A stretch of 64,000 nucleotides of DNA from the human T2T-CHM13v2.0 reference genome, Homo sapiens. Of this stretch, positions 13,164 to 25,551 are shown piece by piece (the stretch's first letter is position 1; every line of letters begins with the position of its first letter). The position numbers were made by a program, and so were the translations under genes. The stretch lies in the NCBI RefSeq assembly GCF_009914755.1, contig NC_060926.1; one strand, 5' to 3'. Under the pieces are notes generated by a model that was given only the letters and a program-made list of their open reading frames with translations, was not told where the DNA came from and did no database searches.

Positions 13164-13477
13164 TCTTGTTTATATTTCTAACAGTTTGTGCATTATATAT
13201 TTTAAAGTGATGTTATGGAGTATAAAAACCATATGGCTGTTAAAGTAATAAACAAAGAAACATTTTGGCTTATATATCTTTTTGTGCATTTGAATTATTT
13301 TCTTGGTTTGAATTTTTAGAAGGAAATGGCTCTTAAAGGCAAGTTGGCCTTTTAAAGATTTGACAGATGTATACTGTTGGCTGCATCAGAGTTCTTCTTT
13401 CACTAACCCCTGGTCAGCCCCAGGAATTAAAAAACAAATTACACACACACACACACATACACACAGATACACGCATA

Positions 13478-13680
13478 TAGTAAGTCTTCACTGTCATCCA
13501 TAGGTTCTTGGAAACTGCAACTTTAAGCCAAACAACATATAATAAAACCAGTTTTTCAATCAACATTGTAACAAAACAACATTGAATGAAAAAATACTTT
13601 TTGAGGATCTGCTGTATGTTATTTTGCTTAAAATCACAGTTTCCAAGAACCTATACATGATGTTAAGTGAGGACTTAGTA
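13478..13680. mobile_element. MER6B/C-like palindromic MITE (TcMar-Tigger)
   Basis: ~65-bp TIRs (TAAGTCTTCACT...ATAGGTTCTTGGAAACTG versus CAGTTTCCAAGAACCTAT...AGTGAGGACTTA). TA target on the left. Confidence 0.85.
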
Positions 13681-14379
13681 TGTGTGGTGTGTGTGCGTGT
13701 GTGTGTGTGTGTGTGTGTACATGCATCAGTGTTATTTTGGGAGAAGCAAGAAGTGGGATAATTTTTACAATCTCCTTTGATTTTTATTGCGGTTGACGGT
13801 TTTTCTGTAGATCTGTAATCACTTGAATTTTCTTTTTTGTGTGTGGATTGTCTGTTCTTGTCCTTTTGTGCTTCTGTTTTCTAACTTTTAACTGAAGGAG
13901 GTTAATGTCTTTCAGCTCTTAACACTGTAGGAATTACATTGCTATTTCTTCTACCACAAAACACCTTATTGAAAAAGAAAAACTCCAGCACACCAAACAG
14001 ATGCCTCAAATTCACCCTGACTGCCCCTGCTCCCCCTGGATCTTAGCAGAAATTTCAGTGTGGCAAACAAAGCAGATAGAGTTCCTATGGGGCCTAAAGC
14101 TTATGCAATTTGGGAAACTTCTTTAACCATTTTTTTTTTGAGTAGTGAGATTTTAGCATATTTTGGCTAAAATATGGGGAAAAATAATGCCCAGTGAGAT
14201 TACATGATTTTCCTGGGATTGATAGATTCATGTCTCAATTTCCATCAGAGAAAGGGAGTGGGGTGGTGAGGAAGGGAAAGTAGTATGGAGAGTTAGGACC
14301 CTTTGCCTTCTTTCAGGATAAGAAAGAAAAGGAATAGCCGAGCTTGCCATACACAAGCGGCCCCATTCATTTGTAATAT

Positions 14380-15620
14380 TCCTTCGGTATCCTTTTATTG
14401 TCTGTGAGATCCATAGTGATGATCTCTCTTTTGTTTCTGATATGAGTAATTTTTGCCTTCTCTCTTTTTTCTTGGTTAGATTGACTAGAGGTTTACCAAT
14501 TTTACTGATCTTTTCAAAGAAATAGCTTTTGTTTTATTTTCTCTATTGTTTCCTGTTTTCAGTTTCATTGATTTCTCTAATTTTTATTATTTTTATTCTT
14601 CTGCTTGCTTTAGGCTTGTATTGCTCTTCCTTCTCTTGTTTCCTAAGGTGGAATTTTAGATGGTCAATTTTAGATCTCTTTTCAAAATATGTGTATTTAA
14701 TGCTATAAGTTTCCCTCGAAGTACTGCATTGCTGCATCCCATGAATTTTGAGAAGTTGCATTTTCATTTAGTTCAAAATATTTTAAAATATCTCTTGAGA
14801 CGTCTTCTTTGACCCATGTGTTATTTAGAAGCATGTTGTTTAATCTTCAAATATTTGGAGACTTTTCAGCTCTCTTTTTGTTATTAATTTCTAGTTTAAT
14901 TCTGTTGTGGTCTGACAGCATACTTTATATGATTTCTGTTCATTTCAGTTTGTTAAAGTGTGTTTTATGGGAAAGAATGCAATCTCTTTTGGTAAATGTT
15001 CCATGTGAACTTGGAAGAATATGTATTTTGTTGTTGGATAGAGTATTCTATAAATGTCAATTAGATCAAACTGGTTGAGAGTGCTGTTGAGGTCAATTAA
15101 ATCATTACTGACTTTCTACCTGCTAGATTTATCAATTATTGAGAGAGAAGTATTGAAATATCCAACTATAATAGTGACTTTGTGTATTTTTCCTTGCATA
15201 CCTATCATTTTTTCTCTCAGGTATTTTGATGCTTTGCTAATACATGTATGCATGTTAAGGATTGTTTTGTCTTCTTGGAGAATTGACCCTTTTAATATTA
15301 TGTAATGTCCTTCTTTATCCCTGATGATTTTCCTTGCTATGAAGTCTGCTTTGTCTGAAATTAGCTACTCCAGCTTTCTTTTGATAGTGTTAACAAGATA
15401 TATCTTTCTCTATTCCTTATAACCCATCTGAGTCTTACATTTAAGGTGGGTTTCTTGTGGACAGCATATGGTTAGGCCTTGCTTTTTTACTACTCTGACA
15501 ATCTCTGTCTTTTACTTGGATATATTTAGACCATTCACATTGAAAGTGGTTATTGATATAGTTGGATTAGTATCTACTATGTTCGTAACTGTTTTCTATT
15601 TGTTACAGTTGTTTTTTGTC
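14380..15620 (-). mobile_element. Old L1 (L1M) ORF2 fragment
   Basis: ORF 14543-14767 (KIDHLKFHLRKQEKEEQYKPKASRR..IIKIREINE) resembles the L1 ORF2 region after the endonuclease domain. T-rich + strand. Confidence 0.85.
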
Positions 15621-16184
15621 TCTTCTTTCCCCTGTCCCGTCCATTGTAATGACTGTTTATCAACGTTTTCCCAAAGATTGCCTGAGCTCTCAACCAGTAT
15701 CATGTCTATCTCTGTGTGCAGCAAAATATACTTCCTCATACCTGTGCATAATAAGGCAGGTGCGAAGGTGTTCATGCAGCACTGCCTTTAAAGTGGGAAA
15801 ACCCAGTCTTCATCAATGGGGCAATAGGAATTTAAATTATGGTTCACCGACCTACAGGAATACCAGGAGGCAGTCAAACATAAGCCAATACATCTATATG
15901 TCCTGGAATATAGCAAATTCTGACATATATTGTCAAGTAAAAAAAGCTAGTTGCAGACCAATATATATATTATAACTCTTTTAGGTAAAAATCGTGTGTG
16001 TGTGTGTGTGTCTGTGTGTGAATGTCTAAATGCACAGAAAAATGTGTGTCTAAATGCAGAGAAAAATCTCTAGGTTTATACAAACTGTGTGTTTTTACAA
16101 ACTGATGGCAGATTTGGGAAAGCAAAGAAATATTAATTATATTTTTTCTGACAAAACTTATATTCATGTATTTGTAAGCTTTAA

Positions 16185-16233
<49 letters not shown>

Positions 16234-16239
16234 ACTTAT

Positions 16240-17075
16240 TTAAGACCAGACTGGCCAACATGGTGAAACCCTGTCTCTACAAAAATACAAAATTTAGCCA
16301 GGCATGATGCCAGGCGCCTGTAATCCCAGCTACTGGGGAGGCTGAGGTGGAAGAATTGCTTGAACCCGGGAAGGTGGAGGTTGCAGTGAGCCAAGATCAC
16401 ACCACCGCACTCCAGCCTGGGCAACAGAGTGAGACTCTGTCTCAAAAAAAAAAAAAAAAAAAAAGGGCTGGGCATGGTGCTCATGCCTATAATCCCAACA
16501 TTTTGGGAGGCTGAGGCAGGCAGGTTGCTTGAGCCCAGGAGCTCAAGGCCAGCCTGGGCAACATAAGGAGACCCCGTGTCTACAATAAATACAAAAATTT
16601 GCCAGGTGTGGTGGTGTGCACCTGTAGTCTCAGCTACCCAGGAGGCTGAGGTGGAAGAATTGCCTGAGCCTGGGAGGTCAACGCTAGAGTGAGCCGTGAT
16701 TGCACCACTGCACTCCAGCCTGGGTGACAGAGTGAGACCTTGTCTCAAAAATAAAAAATAAATTAAAAGTAGGCCGGGCCTGGGTGGTTCATGCCTGTAA
16801 TTCCAGCACTTTGGGAGGCCGAGGTGGTTGAATCACCTGAGGTCAAGGGTTCGAGACCAACCTGGCCAAACATGGTGAAACCCCGTCTCTACTAAAAATA
16901 CAAAAATTAACCATGTGTGGTGGCATGTGCCTGTAGTCCCAGCAGGCAGAGGCAGGAGAATCACTTGAACCCAGGAGGCAGAGATTGTAGTGAGCCAAGA
17001 TCGAGTCCCTGCACTCCAGCCTGGGTGACAGCGAGACTCCGTCTCAAAAATATATAAATAAATAAAAAAAATAAA
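16240..17075 (+). mobile_element. Three tandem Alus (5'-truncated AluS, AluJ, AluS)
   Basis: Consecutive units at ~16240, ~16465 and ~16772, each with an A tail. Confidence 0.93.
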
Positions 17076-17297
17076 TTTTTAAAAAGCAAAGAAGCTTAAA
17101 AACGCTTTCCTTCACAAGGAAAGAACATCTGCCTGACATAAGTAACCCTCTCTAACCTCAGCATTTGGCGGCTGTTCTGAAATGGGTGGTCCATACTCAT
17201 AGTGATCTGGTGCTAGAGATGCAGGAAGCAAAGATGTTCCCCAGTACTTGCCAAGCTCAATGGTTCCCTTTTCCCGGTCTTTAGGATTTTGGGCAAA

Positions 17298-17303
17298 TTT
17301 ATT
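17298..17303 (-). terminator. CD8B: AATAAA poly(A) signal for the distal CD8B terminal exon (M3/M4)
   Basis: First tttatt on the + strand downstream of the M4 stop, ~215 nt away. Confidence 0.75.
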
Positions 17304-17517
17304 CAAGATGGATACATTTGGTTCCACAAGGGGGACACTTTGGGGTTCACAAGGATGGGGGCCACAGCTCACCAGGGCAGAACTTGAGCCCCCTATGACT
17401 TGGGGGGTTGATGGTGGCAGAGAAGTCTCTGCTGGGTGTGTGGGAGGATCCCTCTGAGCGAGGGAGGAATCTGGTAAAAGTAGTAAAGATCCACTCATCA
17501 GGACCTGTGCTTCTTGC

Positions 17518-17629
17518 CTATGTTTTCAGGATCCATGGGTTAAGCAGCTTCTGTGAGGTTGTAGTATTGCTGTAGTATCCATGCAGGCATTGGGGGACAA
17601 AGGTTCCTGATATACCTTCCCCTTGAGGC
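17518..17629 (-). CDS. CD8B: CD8B distal terminal exon, M4 tail (PQGEGISGTFVPQCLHGYYSNTTTSQKLLNPWILKT)
   Basis: Pyrimidine tract plus gcaag|GCCTCAAG, TAG at 17520-17518. Total 732 nt = 243 aa. Tail recognised as a known isoform. Confidence 0.9.
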
Positions 17630-18269
17630 CTTGCAAAAAGAAAAACAAGAGAGTCTCAATACATGCACCAAGTCAAGGTGTTGGTTACTTATTAAGTAAT
17701 GACTGATTTTTTTCTGTGACTCAGTCGAGTCAGATGTTGTGTCAAATTCAACACAGAAAGAGCCAGGCATATAGCACTTGATAGGCCTAGGGTTACCACA
17801 GGATCCAACCACATTTGATTCAGGATCTCAAAGCCAGAAACCTCTGTTTCTGTTTCTTGTGATTTCTTCTCAGAAAGAGGAAACCACACACAGAGAATTA
17901 CCTGCTCAGTTATTCCCCAAAGTTAATATCATTTGGGAAAGCGGGTGAGGGTTTTATCCTTCCCTCTTGGGCATCACTGTCAATTTTATTGCCATGGTTA
18001 ATCAAGGTGAATTTCAATAGTGTCTGACCTGCAAATTAGTTTTCTGCCATTTGGAATCAAGGATGTACGGGTCAACAGCTGCAGGAGACTTCAGAGAGGT
18101 CCCCATGCTTAAAAAATTTCTCTCAGGAGAGTAGTAAGGTAGGGTGGCTATTGTCATCACAGGTTGGAAGACAAGATGGTCACAAATGTTAGAGAATTTA
18201 TTCTGATGGAAACTTCTCCTCCGGGGTACTTTATAATGGACATGAAGACTCAACTTCAGGAAGATGTAA

Positions 18270-19800
18270 GTTTTCCCCAGTTAATCTACAGATCCAGTGC
18301 ATTCAAAATGCCAACCAGATTTTGCTCACAAGCTGATTATCAAATTCATATGGAAGTATAAAGGGCCAAAAATAGCTGAATAATTTTGCTGAAGGGTAAG
18401 GGGGGGACCCATTATTCCACATATCATGATTTATAAACTCTAGTAATTTAAACACAAATAGAACAATGAAAGAGAGTAGGGGGCCTAGAAAATACAGATG
18501 TGAACATGTTGGAGATGGCTGGGCACTCCTGTGGGTAAAGGATTCGATCATTAGTGCTGTGACATTGGCTTCCCATGTGGGAAAAACGTAAAACTTGAAC
18601 TCTATCTCAAACCATTCACAAATGTATACTCCAGATAGAATAAATATGAAAAGCAAAGTTTCAAAACTTTTTTAAAAAATGTGTTTTTAAGACAGAGACA
18701 TGATAAGGCACAGAATTTCTTGGTCAAAATATAAAAGGACAAGCCATAAAAGTGTGATGTTACCATTCGAACATTTGTTTAAAGTATGCAGGGCAAAAAC
18801 CAATACAAAGTTAAAGGACAAGTCTCAAATTAGTAGAAGATATTTGCAGTGCATAAAAGCAACAGAAGATCTTTATCCATAACATATCAGACTCTCACAA
18901 AGTAATAAGTTAAAGACAGCAGAATTAAAAATGGGCAAAGTACGTGACCAAGCCAATATCCAAATAAAAAGATGCCAAACATTACTTGAATCAGTGAGAT
19001 GCAAATGAAAACAACCAATATCATTTTATATTCAAATTAGCAAAATGAACAAGACCAATAACATCAAGCATGAGGGAGGATATGACCAAATAACTGTGAT
19101 GCAATGTTGATGGGGATGTAAATTGTTACAACTGCAGTGGAGATAATTTGGGATATCTAGTAAAAATATCTATTAAAAATGAAGATGCTCTGGCCCCAGA
19201 ACTTCCACTTCCAGATTCATTGCTCAGAGAAGTTTTGATGTATAAGAGTGTTCACAGAAGCACAAACAACAGAAATTGGAAAATTGTAATAATAATTATA
19301 AACTAATATCTAATAGGGGAATGAATAAAATTGTAATACATTAATAAAATATGACACAATAAATGAACTAGATCCACAGGCATCAACACAGGTAAATCTC
19401 AAAAATATGTTGAATGAAATAAGCAAATTTTAAAAGTGCATGTACACTCTGACATTATTTATAAAAAATAAAAGCACATGCCATATATTATTCATTATTA
19501 CGTCATTGTTTATAGATACTTACATAATAAGAGAATCACAAGTATAAAAAAAGCCTGGAGGCAGAACCCACAAATTTCAAGATAGGGTATGCAGTATGGA
19601 GGATGGAATAGGGGTGAAGAAGGGGTCTCAACACAAACATTTTATTGCTTGAAATAAAAGACTGAAGCAAATTTGGCAAAAGTTAAATTTGCTAAATCTG
19701 ACAGATTTATTTAGCAAATCTGCTAATTTGCTAAATAAACTTGAAGCTAGTATGTTACCTTCAGTAGTTTTCTTTATATTTGGCATAATTCATAATTCAT
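18270..19800 (+). mobile_element. Ancient L1M (L1ME-like) 3' ORF2/3'UTR remnant
   Basis: A-rich, with degenerate L1 motifs (CAAGCTGATT..AAATTCATATGGAA; GAGATGCAAATGAAAACA). Confidence 0.7.
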
Positions 19801-19838
19801 GGGAGGAGGTAATTACATATTAAAAATATATATTCACT

Positions 19839-20153
19839 GGCTGGGTGCAGTGGCTTATGCCTGTAATCCCAGCACTTTGGGAGGCCAAGATGGGTAGATC
19901 ACCTGAGTTCAGGAGTTCGAGACCAGCCTGGCCAACATGATGAAACCCTGTTTCTACTAAAAATATAAAAATTAGCCGGGCGTGGTGGCGGGCACCTGTG
20001 GTCCCAGCTACTCAGGAGGCTGAGGCAGGAGAATTGCTTGAACTGGGAGATGGAGGTTGCTGTGAGCCGAGACTGTACCACTGCACTTCAGTCTGGGTGA
20101 CAGAGCGAGACTCCATCTCAAAATAAATAAATAAATAAAAATAAATAAATAAA
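19839..20153 (+). mobile_element. AluS
   Basis: Alu consensus with (TAAA)n tail. Confidence 0.95.
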
Positions 20154-20225
20154 GTATATATTCATAATTAACAGAGTAACTGTATGTAATGAGTACCTGC
20201 TGTGTTCCAGGCACTGTTTAAAGTA

Positions 20226-22618
20226 CAGGCATACCTCATTTTATTGCACTTTATTTTTTTATTGTGCTGCACGGATGTTGTATTTTTAGCAAATTGAAAG
20301 TTTGTGGCAACCCTGCCTGGAGCAAATCTATCAATGCTGTTTTTCAATAGCATGTGTTGACTTTGTGCCTCTGGATCACCTTTTAATAATTCTTGCAATA
20401 CCTCAAACTTTTTCATTATTATTGTGTCTGTTCTGGTGACTGTAATCAGTTATTTTTGATGTTACTATTTTAATTGTTTTAGGGCACCATGAACCATGCC
20501 CATTTATGACAGTGAACTTGATCCATAAATGTTGGGTGTGTTCTGACTGCTCCATGACCAGCCATTCTGTATCTCCTTCTCCTTAGGCCCCCCTATGCCC
20601 TGAGCCACAAAAATATTAAAATTAGGCCAATTAATAACCCTACAATGGTTTCTAAGTGTTCAAGGGAAAGGAAGAATTGCGCATCTCTCACTTTAAATCA
20701 AAAGCTAGAAATGATTAAGTTTAGTGAGGAAGGGATGCTGAAAGTGGAGACAGGCTGAAAGCTAGGTCTCTTGTGTCAAATAATGAGCCAAGTTGAGAAG
20801 GTAGAGAAAAAGTTCTTGAAGGAAATTAAAAGTACTAATCCAGTGAGCACATGAATGATAAGAAAACGAAATAGCCTTATTGCTGATATGGAGAGAGTTT
20901 TAGTGGTCTGGGTAAATCGGAACAGCCACAAAATTCCCTTAAGCAAAAGCCTAATCCAGAGCAAAGTCCCAACTCTCTTAAATTTTATGAAAGCTGAAGT
21001 GGTGAGGAAGCTGCAGAAGAAAAGTTTGAAGCTAGGAGAGGTTGGTTGATTCAAGTGGTTTAAGGGAAGATACCATCTCCTTAACATCAAAATGCAACGT
21101 GAAGAAGCAGGTGCTAATATAGAAACTAATAGGTGCTGCAGCACAGCAGGTTATCCAAAAGAGCTTTCTAAGATTATTGACAAAGGTGGCTACACTAAAC
21201 AACAGATTTTCAATGTAGACAAAACAGCCTTATATTGGAAGAAGATGCTACTAGGTCTTTCATAGCTAGAGAGAAGTCAATGCCTGGCTTCAAAGGACAG
21301 CCTGCCTCTCTTGTTAGGGGCTAATGCAGCTGGTGACTTTAAGTTGAAGCCAATGCTCATTTACCATTCTAAAAACCCTAAGTCCCTTAAGAATTATGCT
21401 AAGTCTACTCTACTTATACTCTGTAAATGGAATAGCAAAGCCTGGATGACAGCACATCTGTTTAGAGCATGGTTTACTGAATATTTAAAGCCCACTGTTG
21501 AGACTCGCTCAGGAAAAAAGATTCCTTTCAAAATATTACTGCTCATTGAAAATGTGCCTGGTCACCCAAGAGATCTGATGGAGATGTACAAGGAGATTAA
21601 TATTGTTTTTCATGACTGGTAAAACAACATTGATTTTACATGGACCAAGGAGTAATTTTGACTTTCAATTCTTATTAAGAAATACATTTCGTAAGGCTAG
21701 AGCTGCCACAGATGATGATTCCTCTGATAGATCTGGGTGAAACCTTCTGGAAAGGATTCACCATTCTAGATGCAACAAAGAACATTTGTGATTCATGGGA
21801 GCAGGTATAAATACCAACATTAGGAGGAGTTTGGAAGCAGGTGATTCCAATTCTCCTGGATGAGTTGGAGGAGTTCAAGACTTCAGTGGAGGAAGTAACT
21901 GCAAGTATGGTAGAAATAGCAAGAGAACTAGAGATAGAAGTGGAGTCTGAAGACGTGGCTGAATTGTTGCAATCCCGTGATCAAACTTAACACATGAGGA
22001 GTTTATTCTCTCTGATGAGCAAAGAAGGTGGTTTCTTGAAATGGAATCTACTCCTGGTGAAGATGGTGTGAACATTGTTGAAATGACAACAGAAGATAGA
22101 GAATGTTACATAAACTTAGTTGAGAAAGAGGCGTCAGTATTTGAGAGGAGTGACTCCAATTTTGAATGCTGTTCTACTGTAGGTAAAATGCTATCAAACA
22201 GCATCGCATGCTACAGATAAATCTTTTGTGAAAGGAAGAGTCAATCAATGTGGCAAGATTTGTTGTTGTCCTATTTTACGAAATTGGCACAGCCACGCCA
22301 GCCTTTGGCAACCACCATTCTGATCAGTCAGCAGCCATTGACATCAAGGCAAGATGCCCTCCATCAGCAAAGAAATTATGACTCACTGAAAGCTCAGGTG
22401 ATTTTAGCATGTATTTGGTAATAAATTATTTTTTGATTAAGACGTACTTTTTTTTTCAGACATAATGTCTTTGTACACTTAGTAGACTACCTTATAGGGT
22501 AAACATAACTTTTATGTACACTGGGAAACCAAAAAATGAATGTAACTGGCTTTATTGTGATATTTGCTTTATTGTGGTGGTCTGGAACTGAACCTGAGAT
22601 ATCTCTGAGGTTTGCCTA
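20226..22618 (+). mobile_element. Near full-length Tigger1 (TcMar/pogo) DNA transposon with decayed transposase
   Basis: TIRs CAGGCATACCTC ... GAGGTTTGCCTA, TA TSD on both sides, ~2.4 kb. Frame-broken transposase peptides [19 protein letters not shown] (20855) and [19 protein letters not shown] (21311). Confidence 0.93.
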
Positions 22619-24189
22619 TACTGGAATTTCCAAGGTTAGTGAAACATCCTTTCTGCAGCCTGAGTGGTGAGATTTAGGCTAGTCTCAAAAATATAAAAAA
22701 TAACTAGAATATAATGTAATAACAGTGATCATTAAGATAACAATGCTAGCAGCTACCATTGACTGAGTAGTATGTGCCATGCACTCTGCAAGCACTATTT
22801 TATTAATGCTCATGTGTGAGGTAGATATTATCATTATTCTTGTTTTATATTCAAGGTTCAGAGAGGTTAATTCACTTGCTCAGAGTCACACAGGTAGCCC
22901 AGATCTGCTATGTGCCAGCCCTAATTACTGAGCCATCCTGTCTGTCCCACCTTTTCTGACCCAACTCCCCACTTCTGAACCACAGGCGGTGTAGCTGGCT
23001 TTGAATATAGGTGCTCTTTTTATATAGGTACTCTTGAAAGGATCAACTTTACTTTTTTTTTTTTTTTCAAATAATCCAATAACTTTGACTTTTTATTAGG
23101 TTACACTGGCATTCTCCCAAGTTTTTCATCAAACTCATGAAGCCTGCTGCTCCTTCAATTCTCAAGGCGTTGGAGTGAGGCCGCCTGGGGTGAATCCTAG
23201 CTTTCGGATTTATCAAATGTGGTGTGATTTCTAAGACGCCATTGAGCCCTGCTAAAGGAGTTGCTAATATCCACCTCGTTCTGCGGTTAAGAAACCAACA
23301 GGAAAAAGAACGCACAACTCCCAGCACAGTGCTGGCGCCTGTGAGGCACTCAGCCGACGGGAGCTTTGTTCTTCGTTGTATTGTGGCGGGGAAGCAACAT
23401 GGGGCCTTGTCCTGCGGACACACTTGAGTTAAGATCACACTGGGGCTCCTTCAGGCCCTGGGCCAAGTTGGGGCACAGGCCGAGTTCGGGTGTTGCTGTA
23501 GCCTCAGAACCACCCAGAGTTGACTGAAGACACTCGGGGGCCTCCATAACTGAGAGCAGGCAGAGGCATTGTTTTTAACCCAGTGTGGACCCCCAAATGG
23601 AACATTTTCCTTCCCTAGGTGAACGCCTTCGGAACCCTCCGAAAATCGCAGTTTCACTTTTAGCAAAGAGCCCCGCTGCAGCAGGGGAAAGCCCCCACAA
23701 ACCCCGTCCTCTCCAAAGGGAATGTTCCGAGCCCCCTGCTTCCTCCACCCTTCTCTTCCCCCTGGTTAATTCCTTCGCTCCAGCTCGTTCTGCCTTCTTT
23801 CTTTCTTTGCCTTTTCGAGGCCCGCTCTTCTCTGATTTTGAAGGGCTGGCGCAGGCTTGGGCACTTCTTTCAGGTTCTGTATTGTATGTCTGCCCTGTGG
23901 CTTCTCCTTTTGCAACTCCGAGCAACTCTGTGCTTGGATTGCAGCTCCCAACAGTCCTGCCCTGACTTGCCCCAGTCACAGGGCAGAGATGAACCAGGGA
24001 CTGTACCCAGGGTTTTGAGTTCCTGCCATATTTATAGCATCAACTCTCCTTTAGCTCTTGGGAAAAAGGGTTTTAAAGTGCTGCAATCTTCTAACACAAA
24101 ATTATATCAGTGCTGAAAATGTGTTTTCCACTTATACCCCAGCAGGAAAAAAAAAAAAGATGATATCTGTTTCAGGTAAGAGTCATGAT

Positions 24190-24650
24190 GACCTCAGAAA
24201 GCAATATCAGAAGCTATCAAAATGTTTATACCTGTATATTCAGTAGTCCATTCTGGAACATTTCTCCAGTGGATGTAATCTTAGTCTTGGCACAATAGAG
24301 TATGAACAGAGATGTTAAATGTTAAAAGCAATGGAAATGTTCAGAAATAAAGCAATATTTAAGTAAACAATGATAATGCATTCAATATAATTTTAGGCAT
24401 TAACATGATGATGTTTTAGAATTATGAAACCTATGGAAAGGTTGACAAGGAAAACGCAGACAGCATGCTTGATATAAACATACATTCAGCATGATTATAA
24501 CTATGTAAAATGTAAAAAATGTTTTTAAAACATTAGAAGAAAATACACCAAGATGCGTTTCCCTTGCTGTTGTTTCTAGTGGCTAATTTTTGCAATGTGT
24601 ATTACTGCAGTTATATCACCTTTACAAATGGAAAGCTTAAAAATAACTCA
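24190..24650 (+). mobile_element. Ancient L1ME-like 3' remnant overlapping the CD8B M3 exon in antisense
   Basis: AAAATGTTTATACC...CAGTAGTCCATTCTGGAACATTTCTCC resembles the L1ME AAAATG..CATACCC..GACCCAGCAATTCCACTTCTAGGAATTTATCC motif, followed by A-rich L1-like sequence. Confidence 0.5.
24240..24285 (-). CDS. CD8B: CD8B M3 cassette exon (exon 24232-24285; tail LRLHPLEKCSRMDY-stop)
   Basis: Acceptor ccaag|ACTAAGA, TGA at 24242-24240, donor CAG|GTATAA after 24232. Total 666 nt = 221 aa. Tail recognised as a known isoform. Confidence 0.88.
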
Positions 24651-24849
24651 CTTCCCTTCCCAGAGAGCAATGTTCAGTGCAAAGCCACACTCCACTCCAG
24701 GGATGGCCTTCAGCACTGGACTTTTTGGGAGCCAGAATCAAGCAGTATGTGTCACTTCTTATCTCATGTTGTTGGTGCCACTTACTCATATGTTGTCTCA
24801 TCATTCTGCAGTTGTTTAATGTGTTTATATCTTTCTCTACAACCATTTT

Positions 24850-25160
24850 TTAAAAGCTATTTTTAAAATTGTGGCAAAATGTATGCATAACATAAATTTA
24901 CCATTTTAGTCATTTCTAAGTATACACTCCACTGGCATTAAGTATATTTATATTTTTGTGCAATCATTACCACCATGCATCCACAGAACTTTTTCATCTT
25001 CCTAAACTAAAACTCTGTACCCACTAAGCACCAACTCCCCATTCCCCCTCCCCCAGTTCCAGGTAACCGCTATGATATTTTCAGTTTCTCTGACGAATTC
25101 AGAGACACCACTCTTGGTACCTCCTGCAAGTAGAATCATACTGTATTTACCTTTTTGCAC
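24850..25160 (-). mobile_element. L1MB-like 3' end
   Basis: TAACATAAATTTACCATTTTA...GTATAC...GTGCAATCATTACCACCAT...CAGAACTTTTTCATC motif. Confidence 0.8.
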
Positions 25161-25189
25161 AATCATTTTTTAAAACTTAAAAAAAAATT

Positions 25190-25551
<362 letters not shown>

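Noticed and set aside
20855-21622. TIGD1-like protein-coding gene
   Set aside because: Fragments in different frames inside a TIR-bounded Tigger1; a decayed transposase.
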